Of a stretch of 64,000 nucleotides of DNA, positions 13,539 through 27,238 are shown one piece after another. The stretch covers positions 31,930,001 through 31,994,000 of the forward strand of contig OX597836.1 in NCBI GenBank assembly GCA_951406725.2, given 5' to 3'. This DNA is from Octopus vulgaris. Its lineage: Eukaryota. The notes beneath the pieces were generated by a model that ran no database searches, was not told the DNA's origin, and saw only the letters and a program-made list of their open reading frames with translations. The position numbers and the translations under genes are program-made. Numbering within the stretch: the first letter of the stretch is position 1; every line of letters starts with the position of its first letter.

Positions 13539-14280
13539 CTTTATATATATATGCATGTGTGGGTGTGTATGTATGTATGTATGTCTACTTAATTTTATAC
13601 AAAGACTGTTTCTTATTGTTTGACTGAAACAAACAGGAAGGCCTCAAGTGATATTACACTGTATATCGTCAAATATATGTTTATACTTTTCTGGCTGTTA
13701 CTGAAGACACTTGATGGCAATTACTACTTCTTAGCAGTAACCAAAAATAACATTACCTTCGTGTATTTTATTTTCCAGTCAGAAAATTAAAACAACATCG
13801 AAAATAAAAGCCGTGAAAGAGTAAAAAAGAATTAGTCATGTGTACAAATACTGATTGTGTTTAGTTAACATGAGATATCACTAAATAGGTTTATAGTTGC
13901 TTCGATGTATGTTGTAAGTAGTATTATATTGAGCTATTAACAAATAGCTAATATCTTCTAACTTTTATTGTTTACTTGATTCAGTCATTGGATTGTGGCC
14001 ATGCTGGGGCACTGCCTTGAAGGGTCTTGGTTGAACAGATCAATTCTGGGCCTCACAGAGGCAATGTGGTTGATGCTGGTGTTGCATAACTAGCCCCTGT
14101 GCTGGTGGCATGTAAAAGGTACCCTTCGAGTGTTGGGCGTCACGGAGGCAATGACAAATGACTAAGACCTTTGGCCATATGCTGCGCGTGAGAAGAAGAC
14201 CCATCAAGCCAATTGAAATAATAGTCATGACAGATACTGCTGCCATGCAACTGACACCCATGCTAGTGGCACGTAAAAGG

Positions 14281-14636
14281 CACCTTTTGAGCATTGGGCC
14301 TCACAGAGGCAATGTGTCTGATGCCAGTGTTGTGTAACTGGGACCATGCCAGTGTCACATAAAGAGCACCTTTTGAGCATTGGGCCTCACAGAGAGGCAA
14401 TGTGTCTGATGTCAGTGTTGTGTAACTGAGACCATGCCAGTGTCACATGAAAAGCACCTTTTGAGCATTGGGCCTCACAGAGGCAATGTGTCTGATGTCA
14501 GTGTTGTGTAACTGGGACCATGCCAGTGTCATATGAAAAGCACCTTTTGAGGATTGGGCCTCGCAGAGGCAATGTATCTGATGCCAGTGTTGTGTAACAA
14601 GCACCTATGCCGGGGTCACATAAACAACACCTTTTG
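14281..14636 (+). repeat. about 87-bp tandem repeat x4 inside a family C element (about 14045-14948)
   Basis: Units begin CACCTTTTG(AGCATTGGGCCTCACAGAGGCAATG) at about 14281, 14367, 14455, 14541, 14628. Confidence 0.92.
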
Positions 14637-15169
14637 TGTGTTGGGTCCCACGGAGCCAATGACAGATGAGCGAGACCTTTAGCAACATGTTGTAACCCAT
14701 CAAGCCAAGTGGCATCGTAGTTCTCACAGATACTGGTGTCACTCAACTGGAGCCCATGCTGGTGGAACGTAAAAGCACCCACTACACTCATGGAGTGGTT
14801 GGCATTAGGAAGGGCATCCAGCTGTAGAAGCCTTGCCAGTTCAGCATAAAATATGGTGCAGTCCCTCGGCTTACCAACCATGGTCAAACCATCTGACATA
14901 TGCCAGTATGGACAATGGATATTAAATGATGATGGTGATGATGATGATATCTTTAACTATGTCTGGTACTTAATGTATTGGTGTCTTCTGCTGAACAATG
15001 AAGTTATAAGGATGTAAACAAAACAACACCACTTGTCAAGGTAAGTGGTGGGTGATGGGGGTGACAAACACAGACACAACCACATACACACCCATTGATA
15101 TATGCACACACATACACACTTATGTGATGGGCTTCCTCACAGTTTTCATCTACCAAATTCATTCACAAG

Positions 15170-16600
15170 GCCTTTCCGAGAAATATTCTTGCTCTTCCCT
15201 TTCCCCGTCCTCAGACCTTTCCTGGAAGTACTCTTCCCCTCCTCCCCTTCCTCACCCTCGGACTTTTCCAAGAAGTAACCCTATGGGAAGTACTCCTACT
15301 TTCCTCCCTTTTTCAGACTTTTCCAAGAAGTAACCGCCTTTCTTTCCCAATCATCGGACTTTTCAGGAAGTATTCCCCCTTCTCCCCTTCCCATCTTCGG
15401 TCTTTTCCAAGAAGTACCCTTTTCTCCCCTTCCCCATCCTTGGAGTTTTCCAGGAAATACTCCCTTCTCAATCCCCGGAGTTTTCCAGGAAGTAATCCCC
15501 TTCCCACATCCTCGGAGTTTTCCAGGAAGTATTCCCCCTTCCCACATCATCGTACTTTTCCAGGAAGTAATACCTCTCCTCCCATTCCCCATCTTCGGAC
15601 TTTTCAGAATGTACTACCACTCCCCTCCCCTATCCTCGGACATTTCCAGGAAGAATTCTCACTCCTCCAACCTCGGACGTTTCCAGGAAGTAGTCCTCCC
15701 ATTCCCCATCCTCGGACATTTCCAGGAATCCCTCTCCTCCCCTTCGACATCCTCGGAATGTTCAAAGAAGTACTTCCCATCCACATCCTCGGACTATTCC
15801 AGGAAGTACTCCCCATCCTTGGATTCCATGAAGTACTCTTTTCTCTATCCTCGAACATTTCTAGGAAGTATACACCCTCATCTATCCTCGGACTTTTCCC
15901 GGGAGTACTCCCAATCATCGGAATTTTCTAGGAAGTACTCCCTCTTCCCCTTCTCCATCCTCAGATTTTCCATGAAGTACACGGACTTTTCCAGGACGTA
16001 TCCCCCTCCTCCATCATCGGACTTTTCTCGGAAGTATACCTCTCCTCAATCCTCAGACTTTTCCATGAACTACTCCACCCCTCCTCCGCGTCCCCATCCT
16101 CGGACCTTTCCAGAAAGTATTCCCCTCCTCCTTCCTCGGACTTCTCCAGTAAGTGTACGTCCTCTTCCCCCGCGTGCTTTTCCAGGAAGTACTCCTCCAT
16201 CCTCGGACTTTTCCAGGAAGTACTCACTCTACTCCCCTTCCCCATCCTCGGACTTTTTGAGTAAGTACTCCCCCTCCTCCCGTTCCATTCCTCGGACTAC
16301 TCCAGGAAGTACTCCTCCTCTTCCCCATTCTCCTCCCTCCACACTCTCCTTCCTCCCCAATCCCTCTCCTTCATCCACACCCTTCTCCTTCCTCCCCACC
16401 CACCACACCCTCTCTCTCTCTCTGCCCCCTTGGACTTTTCCAGAAAGTACTCTCCTTCCTCCATCCTCGGATTTTCTCCGGATGTACTCCTCCCCTTTCC
16501 CATTCTCCTCCCTCCACACTCCACCCTCTCCTTCCTCCCCACCCACCACACCCTCTCTGTCTCCGCCCCCTTGGACTATTCCAGGAAGTACTTCTCTGTA
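15170..16600. repeat. pyrimidine-rich minisatellite, core ATCCTCGGACTTTTCCAGGAAGTA with variable C/T-rich linker (about 30-42 bp units, roughly 30 copies)
   Basis: Directly visible degenerate tandem units. Confidence 0.95.
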
Positions 16601-16896
16601 CTTCTCCCTCAAGAAGTACAGGCATCTGAAGCATTACAGTTCTTTTCTTCCTCTCATGTCATAAAACCTATTCTTCCATTTCATCTGTAAATATTACAAA
16701 CTTTTCCATTATTGCTTTTCCCAGACCTGACTCTCCAATAAATAATATCGTCAAAAAAAAGAAAAGAAAAGAGAAATGTATCATGTCTCAAAAGAATTTC
16801 AAATAATATCGTAAGCATAATATAATACATTCAATATTTTGTATACTACAGCAAATTAATTAATACAGTCTACCATTTTCTTGCAATTGGAAATTG

Positions 16897-16960
<64 letters not shown>

Positions 16961-16962
<2 letters not shown>

Positions 16963-17075
16963 TATGGAACAAATAGGGGCTGCAATAGGGGAGGAGCACT
17001 TGCAGAAGATAGCACTGCTTTGAACTGCTAGAATACTCTGGATGGTGCTTGAAAAACTCTGAGAACTACAATGAC
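16961..17075 (+). mobile_element. 5'-truncated R4/Dong-clade non-LTR retrotransposon 3' fragment
   Basis: Translates YMEQIGAAIGEEHLQKIALL*TARILWMVLEKL*, like the LQK.ALLGTARILR.VL C-terminus; directly follows (TAA)n at 16898-16960. Confidence 0.7.
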
Positions 17076-17090
17076 TAGCTTTTACTGTTT

Positions 17091-17125
<35 letters not shown>

Positions 17126-17162
17126 GCATATATAGATATATATATTATATATGCATATATAT

Positions 17163-17372
17163 AATGCCATGTTAGACCGTTAGCTCCTACACGCATTTTT
17201 TTCTCTCCTTGTTTCTCTCCTTCTTTCTTTTCTATGTATCTTTCTGTTGAAGAGCGTAGGCTCGAAATATAAAACACTTGTTCTATTTCTATTCCTGAGC
17301 GTCATACTAATACATTTGTTTGTTTGTACTCCACCTGCCTTCGTCTTTTGTTTATTTTCGTAAACCTTCCTG
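17163..17372 (+). mobile_element. about 210-bp (TA)n-embedded element with minimal hammerhead (17240-17275)
   Basis: CTTT-CTGTTGA-A-GAGC(gtag)GCTC-GAAAT-ATA-AAAC; homologous to 32352-32558 and 37543-37733. Confidence 0.75.
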
Positions 17373-18609
17373 TTATATATATATATATACATATATATCA
17401 ATATATACATATATGTGCATGCATACACTCACACACATATATATAATCAGACTGGAGCAAGCTTACCAGTTCTAGTCAAATCGTCTAGCCCTTACTAGCA
17501 TGGAAGATGGATGTTAAATGATAATGACGATGTATTTATATATATCTGTGAGTCTTTGAGTTTGTGTGTGTCCCTCACCACTGCTTTGCAACCAGTGTTG
17601 GTGTGTTTATGTATCTGTAACTTAGCAGTTCAGCAAAAGAGACTGATGTAATAATAAGTATCAGATTTAAAAAGAAAAATCAATTCATTTGACTGAAAGT
17701 TCTCTATGGCAGAGCCCCAGCATGGCCACAATCTAATGGCTGGAACAAGTGAAATGCAAAGGTTAAAAGGAAACATTTAACAGTTCAATGGTGAGAGACA
17801 GTTTGTTTTAGATTTTTATCACTGAATTTCATGTGATTCGTAACTTTGTTATAAAGGGGGAAAAAAAAATTACCTTAATTAATAGGTTTTGAGTAATTTC
17901 CTATTTGTTTACTTTCTAAAATAAACAAACAGCAACAACAACAACAACAACAAAAATTGGATTGAAATAGAAGCATTTTGACCGCTTGCCAAAATATATA
18001 TTTTTGTTTTTATCAAGAAATATTTTTAAAAAATTTATATTCCTGATATCCACTGAGCTGTAAACTGTAAATGGATACTTACTGACATAGGTAATCAACA
18101 TAACACTGGTTTCACAAAGTTAATATTTCTTGACACTTTCCTTATTGCCATAATTACAACAAGAAATCAATATTTATGTCTGCAACAAGAGCAGACACGA
18201 AAAACTACCAAGTGTGGATTCCTACCACAATTATATTAGCATTTTAGCATTTTAGCATTTTTATTGAATCATTTTTCTATTGTTATTTTTTTATGTCTTT
18301 TTTTTTGTTTTTATTATATTTTTTCCTTTGTCTTATCACTCTATATCAAAACTGTAATTTTGATTTTTATCGATCACTCTTGATTTTTTTTATCTTTCTC
18401 ATTGTAGAATGCATGTCCTAAATACTTAGATTACTTTTCATGAGAACAATAACCAGGAAGCAAGAATTGCTAGTTCCAGTATTCCATATTCTCTAACCCG
18501 CTATGCAATTTTTTTCAAAATGATTTCTTAGAGAAGAATATGAAAAACATAAACAAAATAAATTGAAAACCGTTTATTATATTCTCAACATCATTCTCTC
18601 TCACTTTCA

Positions 18610-19230
<621 letters not shown>

Positions 19231-19771
19231 CCCCCCTTTTTCTCTCTTTCATTTATCCTCCCTCTTTTCTTTTGTCTGTATTTCTTTATCTTCATCGCAT
19301 GTTCATTGTCTTATTGTGAATGCATATAAATGTATATACACTAAAACACACAAACACACACATACACACAAACACAAACACAAACGCACACACACACATA
19401 CATAAAGAGAGAGAAAGAGAGGCATAGGTAGAGAGAGAGAGAGAGAGAGAGCATGCGGTTGATAGAAAGGTACAGAAAGAGAGAGTTATGAAAGTGGGTG
19501 AAGGCATGAAAGGAAGGTAGACACAGAGACTGACAGCAACAGACAGACGTGTACATGGTTATTTTCCAAACTCGCCATTATAATGTCTATCAAATATATT
19601 TAATTTCTTGCTGCTATATGTTATTACTTTGGCTGTTGATTACCCAGGTGTATGACACTCTGACTAATGATACTTCAGCTTCTGTAATGACATATATTAA
19701 AGTACATAAACTCCACTCTACATTTGTATTGAGCACACTTTCTTTGAGATATCCTAAACATCATCATCAGC

Positions 19772-19980
19772 AGCGGCACCCCGACTTCCTACGCAACCGC
19801 TGAGCCGGATGCACATTCATCCACCCGTCGATGCTTTCGGTGTTGGGGGTTGACCTGCTTTCTCTTCTGCAGGTCTTACGAATAGCAAAGGACCACGTTT
19901 CGGACTTCTCCCACTACAGACAATCCTGAGGCGAGATCTCGCGAGCTCTGGGTCGAAGACCGCTTCGCTCAACAAACAAG
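19772..19980. mobile_element. unclassified GC/CpG-rich retroposed insertion
   Basis: Abrupt composition shift, AACAAACAA end, AGCAGC on both sides, interrupts the (CAT)n tail of a family C element. Confidence 0.55.
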
Positions 19981-20969
19981 CAGCAGCAGCATTTAATGTC
20001 TGCTTTCCATGCCATACCAGATTCCATAATCAGTTTAGGCTTGGTTTCTATGGCTGGATGCTCTTCCTAACGCCAACCACTCTACAGAGTGTACTGGCAC
20101 CACTGGACTACCAATGGTTTCATGTAAACTGGGATCTCTTTACAGTTTTCAAGTCTGCCACATGGAAACGTTGGTTCTCATCTCCATGTATATATACATA
20201 TATACGACGGGCTTCTTTCAGTTTCCGTCTACCAAATTCACTCACAAGGCTTTTGTCGTCCCGAGGCTATAGTAGAAGACACTTGCCCAAGGTGCCACGC
20301 AGTGGGACTGAACCCGGAACCATGTGGTTCGTAAGCAAGCTACTTACCACACAGCCACTCCTACACCTATGTTATATTTACGTCTTTGTATGTTTGTATA
20401 TATGAATAATGGCAAAGACATGCATATATTGGAAAGGAATTTGCTGAGAAAGTTGTATCTCAAACAAAACATCTTGTAGTATTTATTCTGCATGAGTTGC
20501 TTTTAACTGAGAAAATACCAGTCCATCCAAAACTACCATGAATGATGGTATTGTTCCCAGAATTCATGATTATATAAATGAAGAGGTGATTTACAAAAAT
20601 AATTTTATATAACTGATTAGAGTATTAACAAGTATTAGCAAAAACTGCTAAGAATTTTTAAATGTGAAACTGCATATTTTTATAAATTAACTCATTAATC
20701 TTTAGGCTCTTAAGGTGTTATAGTTTATCCAATTTAATTCTTCCTGCTTGAAGCATCATGTTAAATTACAGAAAGATAATTAGATGAATCTGGCATGAAC
20801 TGCAGTGAGATCTGTTATTACAACAGTTTTAACACCATGGTTCAAATCTGTAAAATTATCATGCTAATTTTCTCATTTTAATGAGGTGGCTCACCCCTCT
20901 GATGCCTAGTGTTAATCATATTAATACAAATTCTGTTTTCTTTTCAATTTTGTTTTTCTTTATGAATAA

Positions 20970-21407
20970 GGTGCAGGAGTGGCTGTGTGGTAAGTAGCTT
21001 GCTTACCAACAACGTGGTTCTGGGTTCAGTCCCACTGCGTGGCACCTTGGGCAAGTGTCTTCTACTATAGCCTTGGGCCGACCAAAGACTTGTGAGTGGA
21101 TTTAGTAGACGGAAACTGAAAGAAGCCTGTCGTATATATGTATATATATATATATACATATATATATATGTATGTATATGTGTGTGTGTTTGTGTGTCTG
21201 TGTTTGAACCTGCAACATCGCTTGACAACTGATGCTGGTGTGTTTGCATCCTTGTAACTTAGCGGCTCGGCAAAGAGACCGATAGAATAAGTACTAGGCT
21301 TACAAAGAATAAGTCCTGGGGTCGATTTGCTCGACTAAAGGCGGTGCTCCAGCATGGCCACAGTCAAATGACTGAAACAAGTAAACGAGTAAACGAGTAA
21401 AGAGTAA
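20970..21407 (+). mobile_element. full-length SINE family A (tRNA head, CORE-like segment, internal (TA)n(TG)n, GAGTAAA tail)
   Basis: A box TGGCTGTGTGG, B box GGTTCAGTCCC; many homologues in the window. Confidence 0.95.
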
Positions 21408-21458
21408 GTCTCAACCCTTTAGTATTTAAACCAGCCATACCCCGCCCAAACATGTGAC

Positions 21459-21812
21459 AGGTGCTGAAAAGTTTCAGAAGGATCAGTTAATTGTGACTTC
21501 ATTCAACAAATCCCTCTTTCAGATTCACATACTTATTGCGTGATCCTTCACGTTTTCTAAGCCATATGAAAGATCTTGGAAAGTTGGGCCCCTAACCAGG
21601 CCTTTTGTGATCAAGAACTTTCCAGCACCCCTTCTTACTTGCCTAGTCATCACAAATCACCATTATAGTCTCTTTGCTAATACAGACCATTATGAAGGGC
21701 TGCTGAAAAGTTCCTGATTTGGGGTGAAGGAAAATACTGAAGGATCACTTAATTATGGTTTTTATTCAACATATTCCCCTCTTATATTCACACACTTATG
21801 GTAGCAATCCTT
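21459..21812 (-). mobile_element. two mariner-derived MITE copies (second truncated)
   Basis: TIR-like GGTGCTGAAAAGTT / AACTTTCCAGCACC; minus strand at about 21762-21797 reads KCVNIRGEYVE*, a mariner transposase C-terminus. Confidence 0.7.
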
Positions 21813-22608
21813 TCCACAATTGTCATAAGGCCTGGAAATTTTGGGGAGAGGGCTAGTTGATTACATCAATCCCAATGCTCAACTGGTAATTTATTTTATC
21901 GACACAGAAAGAATAAAAGACAAAAATGAACCTTGGCAGAATTTGAACTCAGAATGTAAAGATAGACAAAACGCCACGCAACACTTTTTTTTTCTTTACA
22001 GTGTGCTAACAGTTCTGTCAGATCGCTACTTTAATTTCAGATATAATAATAAGTTATAATATATATATGATAAATGATTGAAGTTTTATACACTAAAAGA
22101 CTTTGTCAGCAGAAATGGTATAACAAAAGAATAGTTATTTGATGATAGATGATAAGTTTTATAGGTGTTTATTGGCATCGGTGATTTATATTCCTGTCAA
22201 GAAAGATAGAAAATTCTTTTAACGTAATAACTTCCAGCTGAAGATGAAAAATGAAGATGGTATTTATGGGAGCCCATTAAAAGTGACTTAAAGTGTAATA
22301 TTTAGTTTAGTTTAGCCAGCGTTAGTCTCTATTGTCCAATTAAAAAACTTCACAGTTCTGTGCAATTTATGCTGCCAAACTTTAAATGTTCTTACTCTTT
22401 TTGCTTTATTTATCATCATTTTCCACCAGAAGACACAGCTAACATTCAGTTTTGTACAGAAAATCTTAAATGTCTTTTGTGTTGCATTTATAATGTTTCC
22501 TAGTGGAAAAAATTGCACCTTTAGTCAAAGTCTGGATATGTTAAATTTATGTTAGACAAGATGCCAAAAATATCATGAGTCTCCTGTCATTTATATTTTA
22601 GGTGAGAA

Positions 22609-22820
22609 AGGCAGCAAGCTGGAAGAAACGGTAGTACACTGGGTGAAATACTTACCGATATTTCATCTGTCTTTACATTCTGAGTTCAAATTCTGCCAAG
22701 GTTGGCTTTGTCGTTCATCCTTTTGGGGTTGATAAATTAAGTACCAGTTGCGTATTGGGGTCGATCTAATCAACTAGCCTCCCTCCCGCCAAATTTTGGG
22801 CTTTGTATCTAGAGTAGAAA
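22609..22820 (+). mobile_element. SINE family B (variant 3' end)
   Basis: AGGCAGCAAGCTGG...GAGTTCAAATTC...GATAAATTAAGTACCAG. Confidence 0.88.
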
Positions 22821-23702
22821 TGTACATTTTAGGTGAGAAAAAAAGAACTAAGGGGAATAATCCAAATTGCCTATGATACAGGTAGGTGCTGATGTACTGA
22901 ATAATTCATGCAAAAACAAAAACTTCTTAAGAAATTGAAATTTGCCTCATAGTTGGGGAAAAGAATCAAAAGAAAAACATAGCAATAATTGTTATCAACT
23001 CAAAAGAAAGGGAAGATAATTACAAAAAATTAATTAATTTTACAGAATATTCAATATTCCTGCTTCAGGAGTAAAAAACAAAAAAAAACTCTCCAAGACA
23101 CAAAAAAACCCCATCAAAGAAACGAAAAAAAAACAACAAAAAGCAAAAAATCACCTGCAAACAAAACATGAAATTTTAATATTCCATAAGATTAATTAAT
23201 TCTTAATTTCTTTAAATTATCTTTCCTTTTAACTAAAAGTCACTCACAATTATGGTTACTTCTTAATTTCTTTCTTTCAATGAAGAAGAAAATTTCCTCT
23301 CTTCATAATTGCCGGTGTGGGTGTGTGGTAAAAGCATTGTTTCTTAACCACATGGTTTTGGGTTCAGTCCCATCACATGGCACGTTGGGTAAGTGTCTTC
23401 TGCAGTGTTTTGGGACTGAACAAAGCCTTGTGTGTGGGTTTGGTGTTCAGAAACTAAAAGAAACTTGTCATAAATATATATATACATAAATACACACATG
23501 CACACACAGACACACACACATACACACGTATAAAGGGTTTTTATGGACGATCAGAGAGTAACTACTGTTCTTGCACCTATAAAGTGCTCAGGTGTATAGG
23601 GTTGCCTATGTGGTTAAGTGCTTTGTAGGTACAAAGCCAATGGTCAGTTTCTGACCAACTATAACTAACTCTTTTCAGTTATAGGAACTACTGACCTATA
23701 TA

Positions 23703-23734
<32 letters not shown>

Positions 23735-23883
23735 AATATGAGAGAGAATCCACTATGTGGACGCTCTTATGCTAAAGATAGATCTGCAAGGGTCTCAACC
23801 ACTAAGAATTGTTCTCAAGAAAAATTTAGCACACTATGAACGTAAGCGAGCAGGACAAATGAAAAATAACAAAAATATAGATT

Positions 23884-23962
23884 AATCCCATACAATTGTT
23901 TCACTGTTAATAAATTATGCAATTTTACTTACACAATTAATCTACAGATCATCAGTGAGATT
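23884..23962 (-). ncRNA. type I hammerhead ribozyme, intact core
   Basis: AATCTCA-CTGATGA-T-CTGT(long loop)ACAG-T-GAAAC-AATT-GTA-TGGGATT; 7-bp stem I (one G.U), palindromic CAATTG stem III, GUA site. Confidence 0.8.
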
Positions 23963-24293
23963 TGTCATAAAATATAATTTGTCGAACTGCATGCCAGGTA
24001 TTAACACGAGGTCAAAAATACGAGTAGTTTGGCCTATTATATTCGCAGTTATATTCAAATGCCCTCGTTCTAGCACGCCAAATTCCTGGAAAAAAATACT
24101 GCATAAATAATTCACTGCAGTAGTAAACGCCGGTTTGAGAACATATTAATGAATTCAGAATTAAAATCAAAATGAGGGTGAGAAATCTTGGATATTATAT
24201 ATAATAATACTTTGAATGTGACTCCTGAGAAAGAGTAAAAAATTATCTGAAGATTCAGTAAATATTACTGCTAATACACATATATATATAATC

Positions 24294-24325
<32 letters not shown>

Positions 24326-24532
24326 GATATTTACAATATCAGGGTTTTAACACACTTGGATCTATGCAGGATTGTACCTAAGGACTTATGGACTTATTTC
24401 TACAACATTGGAAAGTTGAACTGTTAACTTTTATGCTTTTTTTTTCTTTTCTCTCTTCATCTCCTTATTCCTTTACTCCTGTCCTCTATGTCATCATTTC
24501 ATCAAGCTATACCCTTCTCATTTTCCCTATTT

Positions 24533-24588
24533 GTCTCTCATGATGGAATATCCCATACTCTGAGATATCCCAGAAATAGCTGTAAGAC
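24533..24588 (+). ncRNA. degenerate type I hammerhead ribozyme
   Basis: GTCT-CTCATGA-TGGAATATC(loop)GATATCCCA-GAAAT-AGCT-GTA-AGAC; stems intact, two core substitutions. Confidence 0.65.
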
Positions 24589-24639
24589 ATACAATTTTTT
24601 TCCAAGAATAATAATGTATATGACTTGAGATGTTTGCCT

Positions 24640-25046
24640 TGCTTAGTGGTAATTAGCTTGCTTACCAATCACATGGTTCTGGGTTCATTCCCACTGCATG
24701 GAATCTTGGGCAAATGTCTTCTACTATATCCTCGGGCTGACCAAAGCCTTGGGAGTGGATTTGGTAGACGGAAACTGAAAAAAGCCTGTCATATATATGT
24801 ATATACATATTTGTATGTGTGTGTATATGTTTGTGTGTCTGTGTTTGTCTCCCCAACATCGCTTGACAACCAATGCTGGTGTATGTATTTTTGTCCCCAT
24901 AACTTAGCGGTTTGGCAAAAGAGACTGATAGAATAACTACTAGGCTTACAAAGAATAAGTCCTGGGGTCGATTAGCTTGATTAAAGGTGGTGCTCCAGCA
25001 TGGCCTCAGTCAAATGACTGAAACAAGTAAAAGAGTAAAAGAGTAA
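24640..25046 (+). mobile_element. SINE family A
   Basis: Homology to 20970-21407. Confidence 0.92.
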
Positions 25047-26112
25047 TTATATATATATATATATACATACATACATACACACACATATATATGCATGTAT
25101 AAATATATATATATACATACACACATATATATATGCATGTATAAATATATATATATAGGGAGAATTCACGAACAAAATATATACTTATATATATACATAT
25201 ATATATACAAATATATATATATATATACATATATATACATATATACATATATATATATATTAATGTGTATGTGTGTGTGTGCATATATGTATACATGTGT
25301 ATGTGTTTGTGTCTCCTTCTTTAGACATTGCGCGATACTCACAAGCAGTGTCATTTGTTTCCAATATTCTTAGAGAACATGTCTGACCATGAGAAAGTAT
25401 TAGCTTGCTATGAAACAGCTGAGGGTTAGCAACAGGGAGGGCATCCTGATGTAGAAAATCTGCTTCAGAAAGCTCTGTTCTAGAAAAGTGGACATCAAAT
25501 GATGATGATGATGATGATGATGATGGTGATGACCATGACAGCAACAACGACAATGACGATGATGATGATTGCTACGTTCAGCTCTTTGCAGCTGGAATGA
25601 CTATTCGCTTTGGTGCTGATGAGCTGAGCATACCCTTAAATAATGTCTCCCCCTCGACATGTTATTTGGAGATGATCGTTTAAAAGCAAATTAAAGAAGA
25701 CTTGTGATAGGAAAAGTGTTAAAAATTTACATTTTTATAATAAAAAAGAGACTGAATCAAGATAACCAGAAGCATGCTGTGTCGAAAGGTTACCAAAAAA
25801 AAAATAATAAAATGAGAAATCATGGAATAAAAGAAAATTATATTCCTTCTTTTTTCTCCATTCAATCTTCTTACTATCTCTCTCCAACTCCTCCTCCTAC
25901 TCATCGTTGTTGTTGTTGTTGTTCTTCTTCTTTTTCTTCTTCTTCTTCTTCTTCTTCTTCTTCTTCTTCTTCTTCTTCTCCTTTTTCTTCCAACATATGG
26001 CTAGTATGATAACTGGGCAATTGCCTTCTGCTATAGTCCTGGGCCAACCAAAGCCATTTCAATGAATTTGATAGATGTAAACTGTGTAGAAGGGAAGCCT
26101 GTCATACATACA

Positions 26113-26207
<95 letters not shown>

Positions 26208-26210
26208 TTA

Positions 26211-26321
<111 letters not shown>

Positions 26322-26754
26322 TTACATACTTGGAAATGGATGTGTCTCAGTTTCCTTCTATGTTATAATTCTTCAATTTATTGTTTTGCTTTCCATTTCT
26401 TATATATATATATATATTATATTATATATATTATATACCATCTATTATATATATATATGTATGTATGTTTGTGTATGTGTATATGTGTATAAGTGTGTGT
26501 GTGAGTATGATTTTGTTTGCATTTGTGTTTCCACCACTTGCCAACTGACAGTAATTGTTCCTGCAGCTTTGCAGTTTGGTGAAAGAGACCCAACACTTTA
26601 GTATGTAAACTGGTCTTGGCCAGGCCAAATATTTTACCTGTTTTATGTTCAAATCGGCCATATTCAGCTTCTCACACCTACCCTACAATGTCACTCTAAA
26701 TCTAAACAATCAAAGCTATGAGATAATACACAATGAATTCCAAACAATATGAAT

Positions 26755-27194
26755 TGAAGCTGTGATACCAGTGCCGGTGGCACATAAGTGAACCATTGGA
26801 ATGTGGCCATTGCCAGCGCCACCCCAATGGGCCTCTGTGCCGGTGGCATGTAAAAAGCACCATCCGATCATGGCTGTTACCAGCCTCGCTTGGCCCCCAT
26901 GCCGGTGGCACGTAAAAAACACCGTCCGACCGTGGCCGTTTGCCAGCCCCGTCTGGCACGTAAAAAGCACCATCCGATCGTGGCCGTTGCCATCCCCATC
27001 TGGCACCTATGCCGGTGGCACGTAAAAAGCACCCACTACACTCATGGAGTGGTTGGCGTTAGGAAGGGCATCCAGCCGTAGAAACATTGCCAGATCAGAC
27101 TGGGCCTGGTGCAGCCTTCTGGCTTCCCAGACCCCAGTTGAACTGTCCAACCCATGCTAGCATGGAAAACGGACGCTAAATGATGATGATGATG
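26755..27194 (+). mobile_element. repeat family C
   Basis: Closely similar to 11790-12191; (TGA)n tail. Confidence 0.88.
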
Positions 27195-27238
27195 AATAAA
27201 TAAACGTTATGTTTTACAGAATAATTTAAATGTTAAAT

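Noticed and set aside
15609-16664. 351-aa Ser/Pro-rich ORF, or a CRISPR-like repeat-spacer array
   Set aside because: Minisatellite open in several frames on both strands; spacers are related low-complexity C/T runs; no cas genes; eukaryotic context
25616-25640. CTGATGA matches here and at about 30750 (-) and 31657
   Set aside because: No stem II followed by GAAA, and no stem I, so not hammerheads
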